In this document: piece after piece, positions 1-13,625 of the stretch
How positions within the stretch are numbered: position 1 is the stretch's first letter
Layout: the number at the start of each line of letters is the position of its first letter
Assembly: GCA_964016885.1 (NCBI GenBank)
Contig: OZ024740.1
Span: 396,056,001-396,120,000, forward strand
From: Eledone cirrhosa
Lineage: Eukaryota
Length of the DNA stretch: 64,000 bases
Direction: 5' to 3'
Position numbers and translations under genes: made by a program
Notes under the pieces: generated by a model
Told to the model about the DNA's origin: nothing
Database searches by the model: none
The model's input: only the letters and a program-made list of their open reading frames with translations

Positions 1-1100
1 GAAACTGATGTTATAATGTAAAAATATAAAGTTGGGTATTGCCACTGATAATGTTTCATCTGATGTATTAAAAATGATTTTTAATAATAATTGGAGCAAT
101 TGTTATAAGATAACAGTTGAAAATGGAATTCATTTTTGCACCAATCTGTTTGGTGACAAAAGCTGTGCATGATGATGTACATTGTCTTAGTGCCAATAAA
201 GAATCAATTGAAATTAAAAGCATGGTGACCAAGTTACTGTAAAGATGTGGAATGATATGTAAGATGTTCGATATATGCAGGAATAAAACCAGAATTACTC
301 CACTGAGTGCACGCATATCATAAAGAAATTAAAGCATATGGATCATACTTATGCAAAGAATCTAAGACTATTCTTAATACTTATTGATGCATACGCTAAG
401 TGACTAGAAGTAATAAGAATTAGGAATTAAGAGCTGTATTTTCTAGAAACATTAGTGTCTAACAATGTCTGTGAATTTCATAATTGTTTCTACTTTTGGC
501 ACCAGGCCAGCAATTATCCCAGTGCATTCCTGGTACTTTATTTTATCGACCCCGTAAGGATGAAAGGCAAAGTTAACCTCGGCGGGATTTGAACTCATAT
601 CATAAAGGGAGGTAACTCTATGCTAAAAAGCATGGCGCCCGACCCTCTACCGATACTGCCAATTCACCACTGTGGATTTCATAATAATGACCATTATTCA
701 TTACTTAATTCCATGGATGTAAACTGATGTAAACACCTCCATACCATCCTGAATATAATGGAGTTGCTGACAGGATGGTCACAAGTGTTAAAATGGGTGT
801 AAAAGCATATTCATCAAGTAATGGTTGAAAATATGCATATTCAAACAACATTTCTCTCCCAGGAAGGCTTCTTAATCAATAGTCTTTAATGAGCAAATAA
901 ATACTGTCTCTAGTTTTATGAAATTGAAACACCAGCTTGGTAGTGATGCAGAAAAAAATGTTTAATCACAAGTTAGATTTATATCAAGCAGGAAATAATA
1001 TAGCTGATTCTTATAGGTGAACAGGGTATATATTAGCTTATAAAGATCAAATAAACTGATATAAATATTGATAGTGATTGAAATGCAAAATCAGTCCCTG
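1..1100 (+). pseudogene. Degenerate Ty3/Gypsy integrase remnant, interrupted by a SINE
   Basis: Manual translation gives ordered integrase motifs: HMDHTY (~336), LFLILIDAYAK*LE (~368-410), TLVSNNVCEF (~450-478), TPPYHPEYNGVADRMVTSVK (~734-793). Multiple stops and frameshifts; boundaries approximate. Confidence 0.75.
485..669 (-). mobile_element. tRNA-derived SINE with Deu/Nin-type core
   Basis: Minus strand has GAGTTCAAATCCC (box B) and CTTTGCCTTTCATCCTTACGGGGTCGATAAAATAAAGTACCAG. TSD-like ctgtg(a/g)atttcataat at 469-484 and 670-685. Confidence 0.85.
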
Positions 1101-3788
1101 AAGCTTTGATTGAATGATATTCCCACCTCTATTAATAAAGATTGTGATTTGACAACTGATAAAGGAACAAACATTGCAAATGATGTTAGAATGCAGTTCT
1201 TGAATAATGAAGAAAATTAATTAAATTTGTTTCTAGATGTGATGTCATTGTTATGTTAATACTGTTGTAACATAGTATGCATTTTACACGTTTAGGGCTA
1301 TCTAAGCTGGCTACCACTTCAATGTCAGAGCTTGGCTATTCAACTAAAATAACCTTCTGAACATAAAGGGTCATTATTGAGTTCTTTTTATGAATCTTCA
1401 TGCTAGAAATTATTTCATTTGTCATTATGGTTGAAGTATATAGACCAAATGAAATATATATATTCTGATTACAGAGCTAAATATGACTAATGCAAACAAT
1501 ATTGGAATAACCCTGGTAAAATGGTATTTTGTCATATCCTCATTCCTTTTTTTCATTTTCATAACTTTTCTTTGTTGGAAAGAAAGAAGAAAAAATAGTT
1601 TCTTCTTTCCTTCTTTGCAAACTATTTTCTTTATACATCCTGTTAAAAAAAAGTAATTCAGCTAAAGCCATTCTTTTAAAAAATTCACTCCTTTTGTATT
1701 TGTTTGAAGGGTTGAGAAGTAATTTTCTTTTATTTCTGATCCTTATAAAAACTGGAGCAAATCATGATTTAAACTGCTTACTTCAGCCTGCTCTTCCTTC
1801 TTGTATAACAGTCAGTGTGAGGGAAAATCGAGATTGTGATTTACTGCCTTACCATATTCTCTTCTTTCTTATTGACAGTCCACCACTCACATTTAGGTTG
1901 CTAGAATATTGCTGCACTTAATTTCATTAATTTCTTGATCCAGCTTTCAAGGTTTGAATAGTGCAGTATGTTGCATAACTTAGTTAATTTTGCTGTAAAA
2001 GGAATACTACTTTTTCATCTTCTCAAAGATAAATTCAATCTTACTTAATTTTGTTTTAGAAGTGTACTTTAATTTTATCTATTTTACACCAGTTGAGAGT
2101 TTTAGTAAATTTTTTGAGAGTAGGGTAACATTAAAAATCCAAGGTGTTGTGAGGATCTGTGACAGCAACAATTTCAAAATGAGAGTTTGTGAAAATTTGT
2201 AAGGTTCAACTGCTACACAGTGTTGGAAGTTTGGGTCTCTTACTCTTCATCAGAGAGTAGAAAACGATAAAACTAAGTGTTGGTTTCTTTTAATAATTGA
2301 TGTATCATCTGATGAGTGAGTGGTTTCTATTATTTAAGCTGAATGTTAAGATGTAGTGTTATTTGTTAAATTAAATATGTGGTATGCAAGACCTCTGGTT
2401 GTTACTTCTTGCAACAGTTTGTTCAATGTACAAAGTTCTGTTTTGAACATTTTGCTACAATTCCTTTTCAATAGATGTTACAATATGTTTGAAAATTTTG
2501 TTGCCAATATTCTTGACATTGACTATCTTCATAAATTTCATATCCCTATACTATCTCTAAGACCTGTGCTAGAGTAGGCTTTGAAACCTTAGGTAGCATG
2601 CAACTGTGTTGAGAAATTATTTATATATATTCCATGAAGTATTTAAATGATATCTACAATGAATGTGTTTTTTGCAAGCACCCAGTCCATTCTGAAAGGT
2701 GGAAGTGCTGGTGTCATGATAAAAATCATCCAGTACACCCTGTAAAGTGATAGTTCCAGAGTCACAATAAAATGCTCCTGGTACATGCTATAATGCTGAT
2801 GGTGTTATGAAGGGCATCCAACTGTAGAAACAAAGTCAAAAATGGAGCGTACAAGCAAGATGTGGTCGCCTGACTTATCTAACCTCAGTACGCAACAGTC
2901 TGTCTAACCCCTGCAAGTGTGGAAAATAGATGTTAAACTGTGAGGATAATCAACTTGTATCTCACATACAACTGCTAACTGAATTCCTGGATCATTTTCT
3001 TTTAAGCCTTAAAACACTTTGCTATAGAAAGTGACTTCAAAGCAGTGTCATCTAAACTATATGCAAAAAATGTTCTAATAGATAAATGTTGAACATTATA
3101 AAGCTCTGACTACTCAAAAATAAGTCAGCTGTATTACAAACCAGATCATTGGCTTTACCTGTAAAGAATATTAGTGTTTAGATTTGGAATATCATTGTAA
3201 ATACTACTACTGTTACAAAAGAGGACACTGAACAGAAAGGTATTTCAGCAGCTACTTCACAAAATTGTTGTTTTTGGAGTGGGGGTGGGGAGAAAATGTC
3301 CAGCAAGAAATGTATGTTACAAGTGTAAAGAAAATAGCTATTTTTCTCAAGTTTGTAAATCACATTATGAACACACAGGGTGCTGTAAAAGAGTATATCA
3401 ATCTTCAACCTATTAACATCTTCAATTAAACATTTTTCAACTTTATCTAAACACCATTTATCTCATACACCCATTAACACTGTAACCAATAATCAGTCAA
3501 TGCATGCTTTAGTTGATGGTGGAAGCACTGGTATCTTTATCAATGGTGATATTGCTATATAGAATGGTTTAGTGGAGAAGGCGAGCATTATGGGTAATAA
3601 GGAAGTCAGGAGTGTTTGAATGAAGATGGCATAAGATCAACCAGCTCCAAAGAACAGAAGACTCTATAGTAGCAGTAGAGAGAAAGAGAGAGGTGACAAC
3701 ACATTTGTGGGCCAGAGATTGGCGAGTTGACAAGTGACTTCATGCTTTTCTGAAATAACAGTTAAATTTCTTTCAAATCACTCCTACA

Positions 3789-4138
3789 TCATCATCATCA
3801 TCATCATCATCATTTCATTTTACGTCCGCTTTTTCCCTGCTTGCAAAGGTGGGACGGGAACTGATTTTGGCTTGATTTCTACAGCTGGATGCCCTTCCTA
3901 ACACCAACCTCATTTACAGTGAGTGCTGGGTGCTTTTTTGCCGTGGCACCTCCACGACCACTTTGCAGTGGAATGATATGGACCCCAGTCCCTATCATCT
4001 CATTTCTACAGCTGAGTAAACTGGAGCAATGTGAAATAAAGTGTCTTGCTCAAGGAAACAACACATCACCCGGTCTGAGAATTGAACTCACAACCTTTTG
4101 ATTGCAAGGCCAATGCGCTAACCACTAAGCCATGTGCC
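3789..4138 (-). mobile_element. Young SINE: tRNA-like head, CORE/Meta-like centre, RTE-derived tail
   Basis: Near-identical to 16017-16356 and 29210-29551. (CAT)n tail; short CCTAC duplication at both ends; inserted into an older repeat. Confidence 0.85.
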
Positions 4139-4254
4139 TACCTTCTTAAAAAAAGGACATATGGAATAATGTTGTCATAAGTATATTGTTTGAAAAAAAA
4201 AAAAGATGCGATGGGCATGGTTTGAATACTGCCCTAGGCTGGATATCTATATGA

Positions 4255-4460
4255 GCCAAGAAGGAAACCTCTGCACTCTCTTTTGATCTACTAGAACCAG
4301 TAGCTAAACTTCCCCAAAATCACACCCTTCTATCCTCTTAAAAAAAGTACACTTTGAACAACATAGTCCAAGATATACAAAAAGAAGAGATGGTCATTAT
4401 TGGTATGCCTTTAGTTATAGGTCTGTTGAATCATGGCTGGCTTAGAGGCTAAACAACAAT
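4255..4460 (+). repeat. Old interspersed repeat, unclassified
   Basis: Similar diverged copies at ~3720-4250, 15575-15770 (-), 19995-20190 (-), 22860-23030 and 27960-28135 (-); ends in CAA-type repeats. Confidence 0.55.
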
Positions 4461-4922
4461 TACATGCTCTTTGATAATGTGACAGGTCGTTATTTTACCC
4501 TAGCAGACCTGTTGCTTTTTGATTAAATGTAAGCTTGCAAAGCAGGAATGATACTCAAATGTCGGTTTTATCTTTTCTGTTTTAACTAATGATTCTAGAT
4601 TTTAAAAATATTCTTCACGATGGTATAGAGTGTCAGTTTATCAGGTTATATATATCTAACTTTCGGTCAAGTGTTGTATATAATTCATTAGGGATTAATA
4701 CAGATAAGTTTTACAACTATTGATTAGGACCTGGGACAGATTTCTACTTTGTAGTTTATAGTTTCATACTTCTGATTTCTATGTTCAAATCCTAGTATAG
4801 TTGATTTGACCTTTCATCCTTGTTGGTGTAGAGAATGATTATTACAATATTTCTCACTGAACACCATGATAGATGATATTGGACTTGTAAATTATAAGAT
4901 TTGTGTGTGTGTGTGTGTGTGT

Positions 4923-5137
4923 TTAACCTTTTATCATTTACATTACTCTATAAATACTATTGCATTTTCATAGTAAAGGCTTTATCTCACATAATTATCT
5001 CACATATCGAATCTGAGATTTTGATATTATTTATTTTGAGAACAAATACCTTAACATTGGTATGAGTGGCCGGTTTGAACAGAAAGAGGTCAGAGAATTC
5101 TGACCGGATACAGCCGGTTTAGATGCTAAAGGGTTAA
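4923..5137. mobile_element. piggyBac-like MITE
   Basis: TTAA at both ends, TIR ending ATGCTAAAGGG; same family as 56312 and 57223. Confidence 0.75.
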
Positions 5138-5709
5138 GCAGAGGCGGATGAGTGGCACTCATAAACTTCTGCAGAGTTTCCAAGATTGATGTGAGGAAAG
5201 GATTGCTGCTGTAGCAAGCACTACAGATCATCAGATTAGATATCTGGTTGAAATGCATGCAACAGAGTTGACTTTACTCAAGGGCAAACTGCTGATGTTA
5301 AACTCAGTGATGAATTAAATTTAGCAGCCAAGAACAAGTACAGTCCATCCAACATGTCTTCATACAATGTCTGTCTACTTAATTTCACTCATATAGCTTG
5401 GGTTGACTAGAAGTTATGGTGGAAGACACTGCTTCATGTATCATAGAAAGTGGGATCAAACCAGGAACCACATGATTACAAAGCAGATGTCTTAACCACA
5501 GAATCATGCAGATTTCAATAAAGATTCATAAAAAACTTATGTATTAAGCTTTCATAAGCAATAAAATCTACACTCTTAACACAAAAAAGCCTATTTTAAT
5601 TTAAAGAACACAATTGCAATTATAAAGCAAATTGCTCACTGAAGTATTGAAAGTGACCTCCAGCACTCTAAATTTACACAACAGAATAGTGGTACATATT
5701 TAAACTTAG

Positions 5710-5930
5710 AATTTAACGATTCCTAATTTAAAGATAAGGCCAGTAGTTTGGGGGAGGGGAAAGATGATTAAATTGACCTCAGTACTTGACTGGTACTTTA
5801 GTTTATCAACCCCTGAAAGGATGAAAAGCAAAATTTCCCTCAGCAGGATTTTAACTCGGAATGTAAAGAACTGGAACAAATGTTGTGAAGCAATTGTCTG
5901 ACACTCTAATGACTCTGTCAATTCACTGCC
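5710..5930 (-). mobile_element. Deu/Nin-type SINE, diverged
   Basis: GGTACTTTAGTTTATCAACCCCTGAAAGGATGAAAAGCAAA core in reverse orientation. Confidence 0.75.
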
Positions 5931-7094
5931 CATGAGAGATACATAATACCACACAGCATACGTCCAACACTCTATCGATTCTGCCAATCCATAACCTCTA
6001 AAGTTAAAGGTGATGTAACTATATAAAATATTACGTTCATGTCAACTAGGCTTAATCATGAAGAAATCAGTGATATTATAAAACTGAAAAGATCAATGAC
6101 AATTACAGGAAATCTTGGTTTATGTTGTTGCCACAAAAGTTCAATGTTGCAACTTGAGTTGAAGTGGCAGAATAACTTCAACTTAAATTGACTTGAGATT
6201 TAAAACTTCTGGAGAGAACTTGACCATAAGGAATGTACTTCAAACAAGTTTGGTGAAGCAGTTTGTATTCCATTTGGAATATTGTCCTATGTCAAAAATA
6301 CAGCTCAATTGAAATCAAATCCCGTTCAATGAAATAATGTTGCCAAGTAGTATTAAAAGATATTTACAAGTTCACTGATTCTCCCTCTTTCTTCCCCTCT
6401 CTCATTGACCTAGCAATTACTAAGGTATTTCCAGTTTCGTAAGATTTCTTTAGTTATTTTTATTGTTTTGATTGAAGGAATTTGCCTGAAATTGCTTTAA
6501 GTGTGAGTTGTGTCACAACTAGTTTTACCTAGATTAAATGTCAGTCTTATTTATATTGGAGGACATTTTAGCACATTAAACAAGTTAATGTCTTTGATCT
6601 TACCACACTTCAGTGATTTCTTTCAAATTGCTAGTTTCTTTTGCTCCTTTCTTGAAGGACATTGCTATGTATTTTCTTTAATTATTTTATTAGTTTCAGT
6701 TATTGGTGTAGGGTACCACCTTCAAAAGTATTAGTTGATTATATCAACACTAGTACTGTTAAATCTCTCTCTCTCTCTCTTTTATATTTATATATATATA
6801 TATATTGAAATGCCCAGGATATGACAGGAACGCGACGGGTGGAGAGATGTGCTGAAAAGAACTCATCCAACCCATGCAAGCATAGCAAAGTGGATGTATA
6901 AATGATGATGATGATATATGTTTTATTAAGACCAAGCTTGAGTCATGTTGCTCTGTATTCACACAGTTGACAGATGACCTGTGACTACACAAGAGAAACT
7001 CTAGAGTAATGAATTCAAGCTTGTCCAGAATAAAGAATATATTGATTTCTATTATGGTATTGAGTACTCAGTCTTGCAACTGTCATTACTAAGC

Positions 7095-7155
<61 letters not shown>

Positions 7156-8382
7156 TTAAGATTTTAAAAGTAAACTTAATGTAGATATAACTATTGTTGT
7201 TTTTTTTAATTAGAAGCCTTCTCTGTGCAAAGAATGAATTATGAAGTGTAAACACTTTCAACTATTCCTCAATGCACAGAAAAACATAAGAGATCATGCC
7301 ATTGTATTTCAGACATTACTGTGTCCTCATCAGAGGATATCTAGTCCTAAGATTCTGTGTACAAAGGAATATTACTATAACAATGCTATATATATAATAC
7401 AGAATATAGAAAATACCTGAAATTGTCAGTCTAAATTGTATGATGTACATACATTTGGCAAATGTAATTAGATAGATAAAAAATATTTATGTTAGAATAC
7501 AGAATATATTTCAAGATTTTGTAAGTAAATTTAATGTACATATAACTACTATAGAGTGCATGATATGCATATGTTTGGCAACATATGCTTTATGTGGTTA
7601 TGATTGATATTTACTATAAACCATGGAACTGTGTACTCCATGTTTTTTTCTAATTTTAGTACAATAATGTTTGGTTCTCTAAACATAACATCTTTACTGT
7701 CCACCTAAACATTGTATGTGACACATACTGCCTCTTGTCCATTCTTCAATTTCTGTTCTATTTCAGTCTTGTAGAGCCTGTAATGGCACTTTTCCCCCCC
7801 AGATTTTTCTTCTTCAGAACTGCAACCTTTAAAATTCTTTCCTTGTCAATTCTTAATCTTTAGAAATTGTGAGAGACAATTTAGACATATTTTTCATTTT
7901 TGTTATATTATTTTTAAATAGTTTCATTTAGTACCTGTATCACATTTTTCTCCTAACAGAAACAGTTCCAAATTTAGTCACCATTATCGTTTTTACCCCC
8001 ATTTTTCCATACTGGTATGAATTGGATGTGATATTTTGAGACGTTTTACAACCGGAAGCCCTTCTTGACACCAATCTTTTTGGTCGCTTCTTATGATCTG
8101 CATGAGTGCAGTGTACCTAATCTAAAAACTTGGATACATATGTCTGACATACTATTAATGATAGATTCCATTTCTGTTTAGCCCTTTACTCATATTCTCT
8201 CACCTTCACTAAATTATCTTTTCTGCTAACAACCCTATTAGTATGACAGGGAATTTAGTATAAAATAGCTTGAGCAAGTTTGGTAAGTAAAAGATTTGAG
8301 AGGAGATAAGTGTAAATTACAAATTCAAACAAAAAAGAAAAAGGTAGACCAAGAGAAGACTTGAGAAAAATTTGCTACATTT

Positions 8383-8487
8383 TAGAGTAGTGTCCCCCCA
8401 AAATGTATACACACTTCAATAGCATTCTAATAAATATTGTTTGTACAAGTAATCAAAGTAGGTATACATTTTTTGGGACACCCTGTA
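8383..8487. mobile_element. Small Tc1/mariner-like MITE
   Basis: Inverted termini GTGTCCCCCCAAAATGTATAC / GTATACATTTTTTGGGACACCCTG-TA. Confidence 0.55.
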
Positions 8488-8863
8488 TATAGTACATGAA
8501 GCTTGGAATAAGGTAGTTAGATAAGATTTAAATTTCACTTAGTTAAAAGAAGTACTGTTTAAGAATGTGTGTCAAACTATTGTAACTCCCAGTAGAAACT
8601 TCTTTTGTTTATTGTATCAGAGAAAGAGTTTGTTTATAATCGTTTTCAGAGGGGTTGTGTCAACAGTAAATGTTTAATTATGTGGAATAATCTGACAGGT
8701 TGACATATTGTAAATTGATTTTAACTAATTAATATCGGTCACTTGAAGCTGGTGTGCTGAAAACATTGTTTAAAGTAGATAAAAAACACCATAACTGTTT
8801 ATGTATGATAGTTTTGAATGGCTGAGGGTTGTGTAATAATGCAGTTTATTAGAATATTTGCTA

Positions 8864-9082
8864 GGGCGGTGGAATGGCAGTATCGGTAGAGCGTGGGGCA
8901 CCCAGCTTCGTAGTATAGTTATGGTCCTTTATGTTCTGAGTTCAAATCCCACCGAGTTTAGCTTTGCCTTTCATCCTTATGAGGTTCATAAAATAAAGTA
9001 CTAGTTACGTACTGGTGTCGATTTAATCAACTTTCCATTCCCCCAAAATTGCTGGCCTTGTGCCTAAATCAGAAACCCTTAT
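8864..9082 (+). mobile_element. Deu/Nin-type SINE
   Basis: GGCGGTGGAATGGCAGTATCGGTAGAGC head, box B GAGTTCAAATCCC, Nin-like core. Confidence 0.85.
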
Positions 9083-9214
9083 TAGAATGTCTGCTGGTAG
9101 CTACTCCAAACTGTAATGATGATAAAATTGTTATGGTTTCCATTATACCATGACAGAGTAATGGTTACTCTAAATGTCAAGAATAAAAATTGATTCTTTC
9201 GTGAAAATGTATGT

Positions 9215-9490
9215 ATAGTCCCATAACTCTTGATAGTCATAGGGGCACCATATTCATATACAGCATTTCTTGGGCATTTTTTAAGTCTGGAGGAGCCCAT
9301 CCCTCTCGGGCTTGAGTACAGAGAAAGAGATAGAGAGAAAGACTCGATCTCGGTACTAGACTGGTACTTTTTTTTTATTGATCTCGAAAGGATGAAAGGC
9401 AAAGTTAACCTCGGCAGGATTTGAACTCAGAGAGCAGAGAGGCAAAATAAATACATTCTATCCAACGTTCTAATGACTCTGCCAAGTCAT
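9215..9490 (-). mobile_element. Deu/Nin-type SINE with alternative GC-rich tail
   Basis: Core at 9350-9430 plus tail matching 17245-17390 and 20890-21000. Confidence 0.7.
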
Positions 9491-10154
9491 GAAAATGTAT
9501 CCTTCAGTAAATAATCTTTAGTTGATTGATCATACATTTAGCATCATCATTGTCCCACCCTTGCAAGCAGGGACAAGCGGACATAAAATGATGATGATGA
9601 TGATTGTGTTAACAACCAAGCCTGTTAGCCAATCAATCGCTGTTTTCAAAATTAGTAAATAAGAAATACTTGAGTAACCTGATAGCTCTAACTAATAAAG
9701 CTATCAGATTGCTCACTAATTAGAGCCTCAGTAACTGCAACAATAGAGCTGTGGGTAGTGCTTAGTTTGGCCAACAACCTATGTATCACATGGCAGGATG
9801 ACCAGAGCAGACCGACCAGGGGTTACATAATAACTTATTTAAACTTACTTTCGAACCATTGTGGACCTACAGAATGTTAAGTATCTCAAGAGATGCTTGT
9901 CTCAGTCAACAACTACTTGACAATTTTTTTACTAAATTTAGAAGCTTTATGTTCATATAAAACTACAACTTTGTATATTATATTCAAATCAAAGAATACT
10001 CTAGGAAAGTTGATTAGTAAATGGCTTTGACACTTTCATTTCATAATTTAGTTATGTATACCTTATTTAGAAGAAATTTTTATTTCTAGAAAATACAAAA
10101 AATATTGATTTTCTATTGTTTTGAGAAATTCTTGATGTGAAATCAGACAATATC

Positions 10155-10415
10155 GTATTTTGGGAGGGCCATACTACCAGCTAAAGTATACACACTGGTT
10201 GAATTTCACTTGAGTTTTATCAATCAGATAATTTATTAATCAACTAATTAATTGTCAAAGTCCTTTTGTCACAGACTGAAACTATTGATGACTATTACAT
10301 TTTGAATCTCTTCTTTGCCCACACTTAATCTTTTCTGTTTGTCTGGTTAATAAAACTGAAGTGAAAGTTAACCAGTGAATGTGTTTTGATTGGTAGTATG
10401 ACCCTTCCAAAATAC
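10155..10415. mobile_element. MITE with 25-bp TIRs
   Basis: GTATTTTGGGAGGGCCATACTACCA / TGGTAGTATGACCCTTCCAAAATAC (2 mismatches); possible ATC TSD. Confidence 0.6.
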
Positions 10416-12189
10416 ATCACCATCATATTCTGTTCTATGTATAAACTCAGTACATGGCAATTTCTTTTCTACAGTAGGTATCATATACTCTCCACATTTC
10501 TCTAAAAAAGAATTCTTTTGATTTTCACATGACTAAAAGGAATTTTCTAAAACATTTCCTAGTTATTAAATGGTGGCAAAATAAAAGCTTTTGAATTGTT
10601 TCAATTTCTTGTCCGTTGAGTTGGAAGAAAAGAGAGGAAATGAAGAAAAGATGAAATGAAGAAAACCTAATGTCGTACATAAACAATGAAAATATTTTAT
10701 TGTTAAAAAGCAACGGTAATCAGTGTCATACAAATGTTTCATGGTCCTGAAAAACAAAATGGTAAATGAATTACCTGGAAGATTTCAAGGGAAATGCACT
10801 GAAAAAGCTAGTCCACCTCACATGGCTTGTTTTTGCAAATGGTCATCTCCATCTCGGTCGAAGTAAAGAGATGATTTGTAGGCCAACTATGCTAAATGTT
10901 CCACTGCTATAGATTCAACAAGAAATCTACCTGGGACTATCTGGTATTTTGTCAATTTGTGATTTTCAACCTTTTGGGTTAGAAAACCTGGGTCTGACAC
11001 TGATTTTGCCAGGCTGCTACAGGTTACATCGCTGATTAGATGCTTTGTGCCTTGAATCAGGAAGATTGTGATGCCATCCCCATGCTCTAACTCCCTGGTT
11101 CTAGCTGTAATAAGAAACCACATGTGTAGAAGCCATGACTTAATATCTTTGAGAGCGAGGTCCACTATGGCATTTGTGTAGTTCACGGGCTTGGAAACCA
11201 AGCCTGAATGAAATACTATGGAGAAATGTGAGATGTGGCATTCACACTTTTCTCAAAAGCTTTAGTGACACAAGCAAAGAGTTAAACAAGGTTAGTCACT
11301 CACTGTTAGGTACTTACTTCCTACTCTAAGGCACCTTTTATAATAATTAATTTACAAATTTTCAGAACTGTCCTACCCATGTTTTATAGAGTAATGGATA
11401 TACAATCTGCAACTTTTTATCACTATTATCATTACCACCTCTAAGTAATTTTACTGTAAGGTATTATCTGTCAAATATAGACTGTTAAATATATTTCAAC
11501 AACAAGAATGTAATAAATATAACCATGATGGCTGTTAATTTTCACACATTTGTTGCTTTATTGATACTTAAAATAAGCATTGGCTGGTAAGATGATATTT
11601 ACATTGAGTGTTGAGCATGAATAATGGATATGTTTCAGTTCTAATAGCAGTTTACATTAATGTTTAATGTCTAAATAACATTCAGAGTAATGATTTTTTT
11701 TTTTTTTGTCTTTTTTTTTTTAAAACTGGGACATAGGATCTTTTTGTAGTGAGAAGTCTATAATCAGTTGAATTTGTTTCATTATATATCAGGCAAAGTT
11801 GACTATGGTTGGGTTTGAACCCTGAAGCATGAGACACTGAACTTAATACAGTACCATTAGTAGCCTAGAGCTTTGATATCTATAATATCTCTACCATCTT
11901 GATAGCATATAAATGCTATATATTTATTTGGGAAGGGGTATAGGAGTTTCTGTCAATTTTGATACATAACTAAATACTGCCAAGCAATTTGTCTGTTACT
12001 CTACTATGTCTGCCACTCCATAAGATGATATCACATAATAATGGTTTCTTTGATAAATATGAAGATTTTTGGAAAAAGGGGAATCAAAAGTTGTGAGTTT
12101 AGTTTTTTCTACAAGCTTTAACAAAGTAAAGTCAGTCCATTTAGGAAGAACAACTCTGTTAATTCATGATAAACTTTGTTTTCCAAAGG

Positions 12190-13625
12190 TGTGTGTGTGA
12201 TCCCTCTTCACTTCTTGAGCTATATCCATAGCTGCCATGTACTCTAGAGTAACCATCCTGATGCTTCACAATATATCCATTGAATACAACTGCTTGCATT
12301 TAGCTAGAAACTTTACTTGTAGTTGTCTCACTAAGAAGAGGGCATCTCTGGTACTCCTTCCTAGCGTGTCATCAAACTGCATCTCATCTAATTAGTTGTA
12401 TTAAGACTTTGTCACTTTCATAACTTGATCTATCTATATTATGCTTCTGTAATTGCTCTCTTCTAGAGCATCACCCTTTTTCATGTAACAATTAATGATT
12501 ATACTGCTTTGCCAGTCACTTAGGTATAACTCAGTTTTGTATGGCCTGATTGATTTTGAAAGTGACTGGTTTAACTCCTGCTTCACTAGATGATTTCAGC
12601 ATCTCAACAACTCTGACAGTCCAGCAGCTTTTCCATCTCACTAATTGCTTCATTGATCTTATAACTGTCAACTTTAATAGCCGGTCTGTTAAATCTACTA
12701 GGAGTAGTCCCTTTTCCTTCTACTTATTCTCTACATTCATCAACTTCTCATAGTTGCATTTCCAAACCTCTTTCTTCTGAGTATCAGTGAAGTACACTGG
12801 TGTAATTTCCAAACATACATCCTGATTCATGCTAACACAATGCTTTGCAATGCAGAACACTTCATGCCTCAGATCTTCATATCACAGGTGATTGGCAAAT
12901 TTCCTGCTTTCAACCTCTTTCTGTGCTAAGTATATCTGCTGTCCAGCTTCTACTTCAACTACCTGATGTTGTTCTTTGCTCCCCCATTATTTCAGTCTTT
13001 TAATGCCTGCTCTTAGCTCTAATGTCTCTATCTATAGTACTATTCTGCCTGGAACCTTGCTTCATTCGCTAATATCATTTGTTATTAATTGTATATCATA
13101 CATATCTATCTCCTCTCTCTTTCTCTCTCTCCCCCTCTCTCTCTCTCTCATGTATTATGAAGAGCTTTTCTGAACCTATTTTTAACAGAGATCTTCTAGC
13201 TTCCATATCCTCCTCCTCCAGATTGTCCTGCATTTCTAATTCTGTCTGATGTCACTATATATCTCACTAATAAACTACTTTCTATTTGGTAATGCATTCT
13301 TCTCCAAGAGAAAACTTAGTATTCATAACCATTTGTCCATCTCATTTTCTAATGAGCATGAAGTCAATCTGGCTTGCATGTATGTCTGATTGGTAGGTGA
13401 TCAAATGGTTGATCAATTTCTTGAAGTTAGTACTGTAAATACATAGGTCATTTGCATCACAGCATTCTAGTGGCCTTGATCCCTCTTCATTTCTTGAACT
13501 ATATCCATAGCTCCTGTGAACTCCAGTGTAGCCATCCTGGTGCTTCCCAATATGTCCATTGAAGTTGCCAACCAGGATGATGAAGTCATTGTCATAACTC
13601 ATATTTTGGTTGTTCAAGTCACATT
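12190..13625 (-). pseudogene. Old RTE LINE remnants (AP endonuclease and linker region)
   Basis: ORF 13342-13653 has ILVGNFNGHIG...YGYSSRNEEGSRPLECCDANDL, homologous to the endonuclease at 46684. Further degenerate matches at 12200-12980. Confidence 0.8.
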
